From positions 47,405 through 111,404 of the forward strand of contig CAZCGU010000007.1 of NCBI GenBank assembly GCA_964498525.1: a DNA stretch of 64,000 nucleotides, given 5' to 3'. Below, in pieces: positions 44,772 to 54,274 of the stretch. The notes beneath the pieces were generated by a model. It did not search any database. It saw only the letters and a program-made list of their open reading frames with translations, and was not told the DNA's origin. The translations under genes and the position numbers were made by a program. Positions within the stretch are counted from its first letter, which is position 1; each line of letters begins with the position of its first letter. Source of the stretch: an uncultured Pelotomaculum sp. GTDB lineage: Bacteria > Bacillota > Desulfotomaculia > Desulfotomaculales > Pelotomaculaceae.

Positions 44772-47097
44772 TGTGTGGGCAAAAAGCCCGGAAAAAGAGG
44801 GGGCAGATGGAGAAAGCTTAGCCCGGCATACCTGGCTTGTATTGCAAAAGTTAGCCGGGATGATAGCGCTCCGCCCTGGTCTGCCGCAAATGGCCGGTTG
44901 CCCAGGTTTGTGGCAGACTCTATTCTGGGCTGCCCTGCTCCACGATTTTGGCAAAGCAGCGGAAGGCTTTCAGGGGGTGTTGCGGGGCGGACCGCGCTGG
45001 CCCCACCGGCACGAAGTACTTTCCTTAGCCTTCTTAGACTGGTTGGACAAAGGCTTTAGCGAAGAGGAAAATCTCTGGATGGCGGCGGCGATAGCCTACC
45101 ACCACAAGGACCCGGACGAAATATCCCTTTTATACATGGGGGGAGAAGATTGCTCCGAAGACGCACTGCAGGATCTGACAGCCGGGGTTGGTGAAAAGGT
45201 GCTGTCCGGTCTCTGGCAGTGGTTGGCCGCATGCGTGCCGGCGTGGATTGAAGAACTGGGTCTGGCTTCCGCCGGCGTGAGGATGGTGAATTTGCACCCC
45301 CGCGAACAAGCTCTGAAGCAGTTTACCAGCAGGGGGCCGGCCAACATCCGCAGGCTATTAAGTGACCTGCGGCGCTGGCTGCGCGGGACAGCAAGGTTCA
45401 GAAGGGAATTGACCGTGGGCACGCTAACGTTGCGCGGTCATATCGTTACCTGCGATCACGCCGCGTCAGCCCATGCCCAAAGGCTGGCAAAAATACAGCT
45501 AAGCGGCGCCGACGAATTGTTAAGTAAGTGGAAATTACCGGCAGAAAAAATGTATCCTCATCAAACGGCTTGTTTGCATACAAAGGGGTCGGCTATAATG
45601 ATTGCCCCCACCGGCAGCGGGAAAACTGAAGCGGCGCTTTTGTGGGCGGCAAACCAGGTCGACGGCAAGGGAGCATTTCCCCGGCTCTTCTATACCCTGC
45701 CCTATCAAGCAAGCATGAATGCCATGTACAGCCGTTTAAATCAAGTGAGCTTCCCCGGAATGGTGGGTTTGGAGCACAGCCGCAGCGTGCTCGCCCTTTA
45801 CAGGGGCTATTTGCAGGAGGATTACAGCAGGCGGCAGGCGGCCGGGATGGCGCGTTGGGCCAGGCAATTGTCACGCTTGCACCATTACCCGGTGCGGGTA
45901 TTAAGCCCCTATCAAATGCTTAAAGGATTTTACCGGTTAAAAGGGTACGAAGCTCTGCTGACGGATTTCCTGGAAGGGGCATTTGTTTTCGACGAAATTC
46001 ACGCCTATGATGTTAAACGGCTGGCGACCATCCTGGGAACGATAAAATACCTGCGGCAAAACTTTGGCGCCCGCTTTCTGGTTATGTCGGCGACGTTGCC
46101 TGGCCTGCTGCAAGCCAGGCTGGCGGAGGCAATGGGCACAAATCAGACCATACGGGCCACTCCGGCTATGTTCAGCAAATTCCAGCGCCACCGTTTGCTG
46201 ATGCTGGAAGGAGATCTACTGGAAGGGGACCGGCTTAAGCAGATTGCCGCTGCTGCCAGGGATGGCCAGAGTGTATTGGTTTGCTGCAATACCGTCAAAA
46301 GAGCCCAACAGGTTTATAGCCAGCTATCCGGCATCCTGACGGGCCATGTCCGGGTTGTGTTGCTCCACGGCAGGTTTAACGGGCGGGATCGTTTAGCCAA
46401 AGAAAGAATTGTCCAGGACAGCAGTGGTTCACAATCCAGAATGCGTCAGCCGCTTGTGCTGGTGTCTACACAAGTAGTAGAAGTGAGCCTGGATATTGAT
46501 TTAGACATGATTTATACTGACCCGGCCCCCCTGGAGGCTTTGATCCAGCGGTTTGGCCGGGTCAACCGCCGCCGGCTGAAAAAACGGGCGCCTGTATATG
46601 TATGCACAGAACCAAATGACGGGCAGCATGTTTATCTGGCGGATCTGGTGCTCAAATCTCTGGAAATCCTTAAAAGGAATGATGGAAAGATCATTGATGA
46701 AGGGGAAATTTCCAGCTGGTTGGACGAAATATACCAGGGCCGGGTAGCGGAGTGCTGGGATAACGAATTTAATCAGGTTTATAGTGAATTTGAAGCTAGT
46801 TGTTTGCGTACCATGCGTGCCTTTGATGCGAAAGAAAGCCTTGAAGAATTGTTTTACCGGGCCTTTGACAGCCTGGAAGTCCTGCCGGCTGCTCTTGAAA
46901 ACGAATATGAAGCTTTTTTGCGGGAGAACGAACCCCTGGAAGCCAGCCAACTGTTAGTTCCAATATCGTGGCAACGTTATAATATGCTTAGAAAAAAGGG
47001 ACTAGCAAGGGCCAGCGGGCGTGGCCGGCCTAAAATTGTTGAGGTGCCTTACAATAGTGAGGATGGATTGATGGATGTGCCGCAGGGGAAGCATTAG
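44728..47097 (+). CDS. cas3: Cas3 HD nuclease-helicase fusion
   Basis: HD domain (HTWLV...AALLHDFGKA...HRHEVLS...YHHKD). DEAD-box helicase motifs APTGSGKTEAAL, VFDEIHAY, MSATLP. Start taken at the ATG at 44728 after GGGGG; the track ORF begins at 44698. Confidence 0.85.
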   Translation: MTMMTSLLWPDWLADVWAKSPEKEGADGESLARHTWLVLQKLAGMIALRPGLPQMAGCPGLWQTLFWAALLHDFGKAAEGFQGVLRGGPRWPHRHEVLSLAFLDWLDKGFSEEENLWMAAAIAYHHKDPDEISLLYMGGEDCSEDALQDLTAGVGEKVLSGLWQWLAACVPAWIEELGLASAGVRMVNLHPREQALKQFTSRGPANIRRLLSDLRRWLRGTARFRRELTVGTLTLRGHIVTCDHAASAHAQRLAKIQLSGADELLSKWKLPAEKMYPHQTACLHTKGSAIMIAPTGSGKTEAALLWAANQVDGKGAFPRLFYTLPYQASMNAMYSRLNQVSFPGMVGLEHSRSVLALYRGYLQEDYSRRQAAGMARWARQLSRLHHYPVRVLSPYQMLKGFYRLKGYEALLTDFLEGAFVFDEIHAYDVKRLATILGTIKYLRQNFGARFLVMSATLPGLLQARLAEAMGTNQTIRATPAMFSKFQRHRLLMLEGDLLEGDRLKQIAAAARDGQSVLVCCNTVKRAQQVYSQLSGILTGHVRVVLLHGRFNGRDRLAKERIVQDSSGSQSRMRQPLVLVSTQVVEVSLDIDLDMIYTDPAPLEALIQRFGRVNRRRLKKRAPVYVCTEPNDGQHVYLADLVLKSLEILKRNDGKIIDEGEISSWLDEIYQGRVAECWDNEFNQVYSEFEASCLRTMRAFDAKESLEELFYRAFDSLEVLPAALENEYEAFLRENEPLEASQLLVPISWQRYNMLRKKGLARASGRGRPKIVEVPYNSEDGLMDVPQGKH

Positions 47098-47204
47098 TAT
47101 TCTGCGAGTCATTGTATTTTTCTTAACCAGCCACATGTTCCTGGTTAAAAGTTCCACCGGACGGACATAATAAACAACAAAAGCATAAAGGGATCTGTTT
47201 CCAA

Positions 47205-48212
47205 ATGGAACTTCTTGTCTCCAACTACGGCTCCTTTCTGGGTAAAAAAAGCGAGCGGCTGATTTTAAAAGAAAACGGCAAAGTTGTTAACGAAATTCCT
47301 TTTCGCGACCTGGAGCAGGTGACCATCGACACCCCCGGCGCAAGTCTTTCTACCGACTTGATCAGGGAATGCGTGGAGCACGGCGTCCAGATTAGTTTTC
47401 TCACGCCTTCAGGAAAGCCCTTTGCCAAACTGGTTTCACCCTATCTGACCGGCACGGTTATTACCCGCCGCGAACAGCTTCTGGCCTTTACCGATGCCAG
47501 GGGTGTTGCCCTGGCTAAACTTTTTATTGAAGGCAAGTTAAAAAACCAGGCCAACGTACTGAAATACTTCTCCAAATACCGTAAAAGTGTGGACCGGAAA
47601 CTTTTTGAGGCTATATACACCAGGATCAACCAGATTGAACAAATAGCGGCGCAGCTTAGTGAGATCAAGGGCCGGTGCATAGACGATGTCCGGGGTCAGA
47701 TTATGTCCGCGGAAGGCCGGGCTGGAAACCTGTACTGGCAGGGTGTCAAAATGCTGACCGGGGATAAGATGGATTTCCCCGGGCGCGAGCACCGGGGCGC
47801 CGCCGATCCAGTCAATTCACTGCTGAATTACGGCTACGGCATGCTGTACCGGCAGGTGGAGGGCGCTTTAATATTAGCTGGCCTGGATCCCTTCGCCGGG
47901 TTTTTGCATGTGGACCGTCCGGGCAAGCTAAGCCTTGTCTACGATTTCGTTGAGGAATTCCGGCAGCAGGTGGTGGACCGGGTGGTGGTGGCCATGATCA
48001 ACAAAGGCATTGCCGTGGAAATGGAAGAAGGGATGCTTTCAACCGCTGCCAGGCGCCACCTGTCAGAGAAAATTAACGAAAGGCTGGAAAGCCAGGAGAA
48101 ATTCCGGGGCAAAAAATATAAGCTGCGCACCATTATCCAGAGCCAGGCCCGCCGGATTGCCACATTTTTACGCGGCGAGGCTAAATACCGGCCTTTTGTC
48201 GGCGGGTGGTAA
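47205..48212 (+). CDS. cas1: CRISPR integrase Cas1
   Basis: 335 aa. LLNYGYGMLY, GLDPFAGFLH and LVYDFVEEFR are conserved Cas1 blocks. Confidence 0.9.
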   Translation: MELLVSNYGSFLGKKSERLILKENGKVVNEIPFRDLEQVTIDTPGASLSTDLIRECVEHGVQISFLTPSGKPFAKLVSPYLTGTVITRREQLLAFTDARGVALAKLFIEGKLKNQANVLKYFSKYRKSVDRKLFEAIYTRINQIEQIAAQLSEIKGRCIDDVRGQIMSAEGRAGNLYWQGVKMLTGDKMDFPGREHRGAADPVNSLLNYGYGMLYRQVEGALILAGLDPFAGFLHVDRPGKLSLVYDFVEEFRQQVVDRVVVAMINKGIAVEMEEGMLSTAARRHLSEKINERLESQEKFRGKKYKLRTIIQSQARRIATFLRGEAKYRPFVGGW

Positions 48213-48213
48213 A

Positions 48214-48480
48214 TTGAAGACCCTGGTTATTTACGATATCGAAGAGGATCGAATCCGCGGTAAAATATTCGAGGCCTGCAAAGATTACGGTTTAACTCAC
48301 ATCCAGTATTCGGCTTTTTTTGGTGAACTGAACCATAACCGCAGGGATGAGCTGAGGCAAAGAATTAAAAAGACTCTGGGTAGAAAAAACGGCAAAATAT
48401 TAATCTGCCCTGTATGCGACAAGGATCTGAGGCTCCTCACGGTAATCAATGTTGAGCCTGGAGGCATCCCGGATGCTTAA
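48214..48480 (+). CDS. cas2: Cas2
   Basis: TTG start 2 nt after the cas1 stop. 88 aa: LKTLVIYDIEEDRIRGKIFEACKDYGLTHIQYSAFFGEL, the Cas2 ferredoxin-fold pattern. Confidence 0.8.
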   Translation: MKTLVIYDIEEDRIRGKIFEACKDYGLTHIQYSAFFGELNHNRRDELRQRIKKTLGRKNGKILICPVCDKDLRLLTVINVEPGGIPDA

Positions 48481-49045
48481 GCTAAGGGTAACCGATATCA
48501 AGCAGTACCTGTATTGCCCGAGGATTATTTATTTTACCTACGTTTGCCCGATCCAGAAGAAAATCACCCGGAAGATGCAGTATGGCACAGAAGCGCACCT
48601 GGAGTTGGATCAACTGGAGAAACGCAGGACCTTTAAGCGTTATAATTTCAAAGATGGTGAGCGAAAATTTCACGCCGCTCTTTATTCCCCTCGTCTTGGT
48701 CTGGAGGGCAAACTGGACATGCACATCGTATCGGGGGGCGACATCTTTCCCGTTGAGTTCAAGCACAGCGCCCAAAGGCCGTCTTTAAACCATAAGTACC
48801 AGCTTATAGCCTACGCCATGCTGCTGGAGGATGAATACAACAAGCCGGTGCGCTACGGCTTCATATATATTGATCAGGGCCAAATTATACCAGTTGAGGT
48901 TACGCCCGGCGCCAGGGTTTACGTTAAGGAAACGCTCCGCAAGATCCGCCTTTTGGTATTGAGAGAATTAATGCCCGACAAAGTTCGTGAAAGAGGAAAA
49001 TGCATCGACTGTGAGTACCGCAATTTTTGCGGAGATGTGAGGTAG
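48473..49045 (+). CDS. cas4: Cas4 (RecB-like exonuclease, Fe-S)
   Basis: YLYCPRIIYF N-terminal Cys, EFKH nuclease motif, QLIAYAMLL (QxxxY), C-terminal CIDCEYRNFC. The ATG at 48473 overlaps the cas2 stop (ATGCTTAA). Confidence 0.85.
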   Translation: MLKLRVTDIKQYLYCPRIIYFTYVCPIQKKITRKMQYGTEAHLELDQLEKRRTFKRYNFKDGERKFHAALYSPRLGLEGKLDMHIVSGGDIFPVEFKHSAQRPSLNHKYQLIAYAMLLEDEYNKPVRYGFIYIDQGQIIPVEVTPGARVYVKETLRKIRLLVLRELMPDKVRERGKCIDCEYRNFCGDVR

Positions 49046-49055
49046 GAGCAAAAAT

Positions 49056-49976
49056 ATGTATTTTTTAACCGACGAAGAAAGAAAGCAGCTTTCGAAAGGA
49101 TATCTGCCCCGCTCCAGACAAATGGAAATAGCGGAGGAACTGCGGGGATGGAACTGGCACCAGCCGCCGCTGGCGCCAGTATATGATTTGAAACTTGCCC
49201 TGTATGAAGTAGCTAATTCTTACTGCACGACAAACCGGGACCTTTATTTGAGAAGGATTGACGGCATCAAGACCAGGCCGAACACCGCGATGATCAGGGG
49301 CAAAATATTCCACGATATACTTGTCCGCGTATTGGTGCGGGCGAAAAGGCTGATCTACGAAAAAGGGGTCGGCAATTTTCAAGAAATACTAAAACAACTG
49401 AATGCCCCTCTTAATCTGAGTTTTCTAACCGAACATCAAAGCCTTTTTAAAGAAGAAGAGTTTGCAGAGTTGAAAAAAAAGGCTGTCACTCTGGCCGCCT
49501 TTGAAAACGCCAGGGTTGCCGCCCGCGTCCAGGAGATACTGGTGAAACAGCCTTATATTGCTGAGGATTCCCTGGCCGCTCTGGCTATACCGGTTGTGGT
49601 GGAGCAAAAGTTAGACGGTACATTCTTTGGGCTCAGTGCAAACCTCAGCACCGACGCCTATACCTTTTCCGAGCCGATGGTGCTGGATTTAAAATTCGGC
49701 GAGTCAAAAAAATTTCACCGGCTTACTACCACCGGATATGCACTGGTGATGGAAGCCATTTACGAATATCCAATAAACTTAGGGTGCCTGGTCTACGCCG
49801 AATTCAAAGGCGACCGACTGGTGGTAAAAAAGGACATCCATATTATTGACGATGAGCTGCGCCAGTGGTTCATTGAAGAGCGCGATGGGAAAATGAGGAT
49901 GATTTACGAGGAAATCGATCCGGGGCATGGCCAGTGCTATGATTCCTGTCCATATAATTTGCAGTGCCACGGGTAG
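49056..49976 (+). CDS. csa1: second Cas4-family paralogue, Csa1-like
   Basis: VLDLKFGESKK (D..K nuclease core), TTTGYALVMEA, one N-terminal Cys (NSYC) and C-terminal CYDSCPYNLQC. 306 aa, longer than canonical Cas4. Confidence 0.6.
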   Translation: MYFLTDEERKQLSKGYLPRSRQMEIAEELRGWNWHQPPLAPVYDLKLALYEVANSYCTTNRDLYLRRIDGIKTRPNTAMIRGKIFHDILVRVLVRAKRLIYEKGVGNFQEILKQLNAPLNLSFLTEHQSLFKEEEFAELKKKAVTLAAFENARVAARVQEILVKQPYIAEDSLAALAIPVVVEQKLDGTFFGLSANLSTDAYTFSEPMVLDLKFGESKKFHRLTTTGYALVMEAIYEYPINLGCLVYAEFKGDRLVVKKDIHIIDDELRQWFIEERDGKMRMIYEEIDPGHGQCYDSCPYNLQCHG

Positions 49977-49979
49977 AAT

Positions 49980-50165
49980 AAAAAGAGGGTTTTTGCTGTT
50001 TGGGCTGAAATAGATAATAACTGAAAATAGATAATATTGGTTTTTTCGCAAAAGGAGGGGGTTTTGAAGCAGAAAAGGGATTTGCGAAATTTGAAGCCAA
50101 TAAGGACCTGCTTGGTATCTAAAAAACCCTGTGATACCAAGGATTTGCCCGATTGCCCGCGGTCG
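49980..50165 (+). promoter_or_regulatory. CRISPR array 1 leader
   Basis: AT-rich segment between csa1 and the first repeat. Clearly homologous to 62101-62272 upstream of array 2. Confidence 0.7.
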
Positions 50166-51026
50166 GTTACACCGCTAATCCCGATAACAAGGGGACTGAA
50201 AGAATCAATTTCTTCCTTGGTAAAAGGTTTTTTAGATGTTGTTACACCGCTAATCCCGATAACAAGGGGACTGAAAGCAATTTTGGAATGCTGACAAATC
50301 AAAAGGTTCAAGGATGTTACACCGCTAATCCCGATAACAAGGGGACTGAAAGTTTTTTTAGGATCCTCCTTCTTCCCCACATTCCCCATGTTACACCGCT
50401 AATCCCGATAACAAGGGGACTGAAAGACAAAAAGTAATTACTCATAGTCATTCCACAACCCGTCGTTACACCGCTAATCCCGATAACAAGGGGACTGAAA
50501 GTTTTTTTAGGATCCTCCTTCTTCCCCACATTCCCCATGTTACACCGCTAATCCCGATAACAAGGGGACTGAAAGCAGGCGCGGTTGGCGCCGAGTTTGA
50601 CGAATTAAGCGACGTTACACTGCTAATCCCGATAACAAGGGGACTGAAAGCTTTTTGAATCATAGCTTATCGCCTCCTGTCATTGAACGTTACACCGCTA
50701 ATCCCGATAACAAGGGGACTGAAAGCGCCCTTGCTTGCCGGCAAGGACGGTGAACCCTGTGCGTTACACCGCTAATCCCGATAACAAGGGGACTGAAAGC
50801 GCCCTTGCTTGCCGGCAAGGACGGTGAACCCTGTGCGTTACACCGCTAATCCCGATAACAAGGGGACTGAAAGATAACCGGACATCAAGTTAACGGGGAT
50901 ATTTTGACCTCCGTTACACCGCTAATCCCGATAACAAGGGGACTGAAAGGGAAAAAAGGTATGCTCCTAACAGGCGCATTCGGACCAACGTTACACCGCC
51001 AATCCCGATAACAATGGGTCCGAAAA
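50166..51026 (+). CRISPR. CRISPR array 1: 12 repeats of 37 bp, 11 spacers of 37-40 bp
   Basis: Consensus GTTACACCGCTAATCCCGATAACAAGGGGACTGAAAG. Repeat starts: 50166, 50241, 50316, 50390, 50465, 50539, 50614, 50689, 50763, 50837, 50913, 50990. The last repeat is degenerate (..CAATGGGTCCGAAAA), so the leader is on the left and transcription runs on the plus strand. Confidence 0.97.
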
Positions 51027-51059
51027 CGGCATTTGTAAATCATGTATTTTTTCTAAAAT

Positions 51060-51308
51060 CTAGTTGCGCCACCAAACCCGATAAAAGTTGATATAAAATT
51101 CGTATGGCGTGGGTTGGGCACGCTGAATAAATAGTGCCGTGGCACCCACTGTATAATTCCCCCAATTCGCCTTTTGTAGGGTCCCACGTTCCTTCCGCAC
51201 GAGGTAACCTGCCCTATGTTCCATAAACCACCTTAAACCATCTTCCGGTATTAAATAACCAGCTAGTTCATGAACATCCTTTTCTTCCAAACATTTTAAA
51301 ATGCACAA
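51060..51308 (-). CDS. hypothetical ORF between array 1 and the type III operon (possibly a gene remnant)
   Basis: 82-aa ORF with a TTG start and no motif recognised. Confidence 0.2.
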   Translation of the reverse strand: MCILKCLEEKDVHELAGYLIPEDGLRWFMEHRAGYLVRKERGTLQKANWGNYTVGATALFIQRAQPTPYEFYINFYRVWWRN

Positions 51309-51488
51309 TTTTCATGGGTTTAAGCGCTGAAATAGATCGCAGGCATTCAGATACTTATGTAAAAAATAAAGGAATTGGAAATCTGTGCTAGAAATACAGA
51401 TTATTGAGATGCTATATGTCATAATTTAGGTGATATTTCTTATCCCATTGAACTATTGGTACTGTTTTCCAATAGGGGGTGTTTGTAA

Positions 51489-52667
51489 ATGGACAGTTTA
51501 AAAAATTATCAAACAGATTGCCTTTTTCTACTCGTTGGCACGAATCCTCTGCCAAACTTTGTGTCCGCTCTGTTGCTGGCAAAAGATCGAGCCAGGATTA
51601 TTTTGCTTCATACAGCAGACACGGGAGAAGTTGCAGAGGATTTAAAATGGGTCATTGGCCAGAGGAAATTGGGAGTTCAGGTTGAGATGCGGCAGATAGA
51701 TAGAGGGTGTGGGGATCGAATATTGAAAGATATGGATCGCTTATTGAAGGGTATAGACCCAAAATTATCTCTGGGGCTCAATTACACCGGCGGCACAAAA
51801 GCCATGTCTGTTTATACTTATCAAGCACTAAAGAAAACTGCCGCTTCAGTTGTATTCAGCTATCTAGATGCACGTACTTCATCCCTTATGATTGACACCA
51901 AAGATGATGACACTACCAAAAAAATTTATATTGGACAGAATTGCCCTGTTCGGCTAAAGGAAATTCTATCCCTGCATGGTTATAGGATTGATAACGTTAA
52001 ACAGAAACTGGTTCACCCTGATTTTTGCCGTGTCCTGGCGGAAATATACAGCAACAAAGATGCATATGAGCAATGGAAAGAATGGTTGAAAAAACTCGGC
52101 AATAAGGAGATTGAGCCCAAGTCATTGCCAACAAAGTCGGAGTATCCGGCGTTGACAAAGGTAATAGATAAAATCGATGAAATATGTGACGGTAAGCCTT
52201 CACCCGGGTTATTTGCTCAAATATTGGGCAGGGATAAATTAAGCAGTTGCAAACAATTTTTAGAAGGTAAGTGGTTGGATGAATATACCTTTTGCTCAGT
52301 CGGGCAGCTGGTTGAAGATTTAGGTTTAAATGATCTGTGTCTTGAATTAGAGGCTAAGAAACCCAGAAAATTTGAACTGGACGTGGTTTTTGTCCGGGGA
52401 TATCAGCTGTTTGCCTTATCATGTAAAGCATCTAACAAAAAAAATAAATGCAAACTCGGGCTTTTTGAAGCTTTTACACGGGCCCGGCAGTTAGGTGGAG
52501 ACGAAGCAAGGGTGGGTCTCGTATGTTGTTACAATCAACCCGGGCAGTTGCAACGGGAAATTAAGGAATCCTGGTTTGCAAAAGGACAGGTGAAAGTTTT
52601 CGGCATGAGCGATCTGATTAACCTGCAGGCGAGGTTGCGGGAATGGATTAATAGCACAAATAACTAG
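51489..52667 (+). CDS. CARF domain + PD-(D/E)xK nuclease effector (Card1/Can2-like)
   Basis: N-terminal Rossmann-like CARF (CLFLLVGTNPLP...LNYTGGTKAMSV). C-terminal restriction-endonuclease-like core (WLDEYTF...FELDVVFVRGYQLFALSCKAS). 392 aa. Confidence 0.7.
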   Translation: MDSLKNYQTDCLFLLVGTNPLPNFVSALLLAKDRARIILLHTADTGEVAEDLKWVIGQRKLGVQVEMRQIDRGCGDRILKDMDRLLKGIDPKLSLGLNYTGGTKAMSVYTYQALKKTAASVVFSYLDARTSSLMIDTKDDDTTKKIYIGQNCPVRLKEILSLHGYRIDNVKQKLVHPDFCRVLAEIYSNKDAYEQWKEWLKKLGNKEIEPKSLPTKSEYPALTKVIDKIDEICDGKPSPGLFAQILGRDKLSSCKQFLEGKWLDEYTFCSVGQLVEDLGLNDLCLELEAKKPRKFELDVVFVRGYQLFALSCKASNKKNKCKLGLFEAFTRARQLGGDEARVGLVCCYNQPGQLQREIKESWFAKGQVKVFGMSDLINLQARLREWINSTNN

Positions 52668-52681
52668 GAAGGGGCCGGGTC

Positions 52682-54274
52682 ATGAAGCAGTATACTCTAA
52701 CGTTTGTTGACACAAGAGATATCCAGAAATACATTTTCGGTACCAACAACCTGCAGCAAAACGTGGGGGCTTCCTATCTGGTGGATTGCGCCACGCGGCA
52801 GTGGGTGGTGGAATCTCTGCCCCATCCGCATAACGTGATCAATATCAACGCCGCCGGGACGGATGAAAAATTAAATGAACATAGGATTGAGGAGGGAGGT
52901 TTGGCTGCGGAACTGCTTTATACGGGAGGTGGAAACGCGGCAATATTATTTTGCAGCCAGCCGCTTGCTGTTGAATTTGCCCGTTGTCTGACCCGGAAGG
53001 CGCTGTTGAAGGCGCCCGGACTGAACATGACTTTGGCGCATAATAGTTTTGACTGGGAAGAGGGCAGTTTGTATAAGGCCCTGGATCAGACTAAGGGTAT
53101 TCTAGCAAAACGCAAGGCGGATCAACCTGCTTCGACTCCACTGCTCGGTCTGGGAGTGACGGCTGCCTGTGTTTATACGGGGCTGCCTGCAGTGGGCTAT
53201 GACGAAGGGCGCCTGTTTGGCGCTGAGGTGGAAGCAAAAATTAATGCTGCAAAAAAAGCAAATGATCGCTTGGAGGAACTGCTGGATTTGCAGGGCTATG
53301 AGATTCCAACAAACTTTGAGGAGCTGGGCCGCACTAAAGGAGAATCAAGCTATATCGCTATTGTCCACTCTGATGGAAATCGCATGGGTGAGAGAATAAT
53401 GAAATATACGGAATCAAACTCCTCTTCCAACCGCTCCCTCATTAGAGCCCTAAGGAATTTTTCTAATTCCATTGAACAAACCTTCCTGGAAGCCTTGAGG
53501 GAAACAACCAGTCAACTAGTTGAATCAGTAGAAAAAGATGAAAAAACAATAGCCGGCGTCATAGAATTGCAGGAAGACAAATTACCCTTTCGTCCCATTG
53601 TTTTTGGCGGGGATGATCTAACTTTTGTTTGCGATGGCCGCCTGGGTTTGGCTTTAACCACGCATTATTTGCGTGAATTGGCCCAAAAAAAGCTGGTGGA
53701 CAATATGCCTGTCCACTGCCGGGCCGGGGTGGCGGTGGTCAAGACCCGTTTTCCTTTTGCCAGAGGCTATGCTCTGGCGGAGGCGCTCTGCGCATCAGCT
53801 AAAAGGCGGATTACTGAATTAAGGGAGCGCAGGGAAGGGGACGTTACTGCATTGGACTGGCACTTTGCCACGGCGGGATTGCTGGATGATCTGGAAACCA
53901 TCAGAAACCGGGAGTACACAGTGCGGGAGTCCACAGTGCAAGAAGACAAACTTCTTTACTTGAGGCCGGTCTCGCTTAACTGTGCGGAAGACTGGCGGTC
54001 GTGGGCAAATTTTGAACGGATTATTCAGGAATTTAAGGACGAGCCCTGGCAGGACAGGCGCAATAAGGTCAAGGCTCTGCGGGAAATATTACGTACCGGA
54101 TCCGATGATGCTGTTGAATACTTCTTAACAGCCCATAGCATGACCGGGTTGCCGGATATCCCGGAGATGCCGGACATGAAACACAAGGGCTGGCAGGGTA
54201 AGCGCTGCGGTTATTTTGACGCTATCGAAGCTATGGATTTTTATATCCCTCTCAAGGGAGGTCAGGAAAAATGA
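52682..54274 (+). CDS. cas10: Cas10-like polymerase/cyclase subunit lacking an HD domain
   Basis: Starts directly at the Palm-1 signature (VDTRDIQKYIFGTNNLQQNVGASYLV). IAIVHSDGNRMGE. Intact cyclase motif FGGDDLTFVCDG. Only 530 aa. Confidence 0.7.
   Translation: MKQYTLTFVDTRDIQKYIFGTNNLQQNVGASYLVDCATRQWVVESLPHPHNVININAAGTDEKLNEHRIEEGGLAAELLYTGGGNAAILFCSQPLAVEFARCLTRKALLKAPGLNMTLAHNSFDWEEGSLYKALDQTKGILAKRKADQPASTPLLGLGVTAACVYTGLPAVGYDEGRLFGAEVEAKINAAKKANDRLEELLDLQGYEIPTNFEELGRTKGESSYIAIVHSDGNRMGERIMKYTESNSSSNRSLIRALRNFSNSIEQTFLEALRETTSQLVESVEKDEKTIAGVIELQEDKLPFRPIVFGGDDLTFVCDGRLGLALTTHYLRELAQKKLVDNMPVHCRAGVAVVKTRFPFARGYALAEALCASAKRRITELRERREGDVTALDWHFATAGLLDDLETIRNREYTVRESTVQEDKLLYLRPVSLNCAEDWRSWANFERIIQEFKDEPWQDRRNKVKALREILRTGSDDAVEYFLTAHSMTGLPDIPEMPDMKHKGWQGKRCGYFDAIEAMDFYIPLKGGQEK

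Noticed and set aside
49937-50663. ORFs of 65-150 aa on both strands across CRISPR array 1 (repeated SPLVIGISGVT / TPLIPITRGLK peptides)
   Set aside because: These are artefacts of translating the 37-bp repeats. The periodic identical peptides come from the repeat units.
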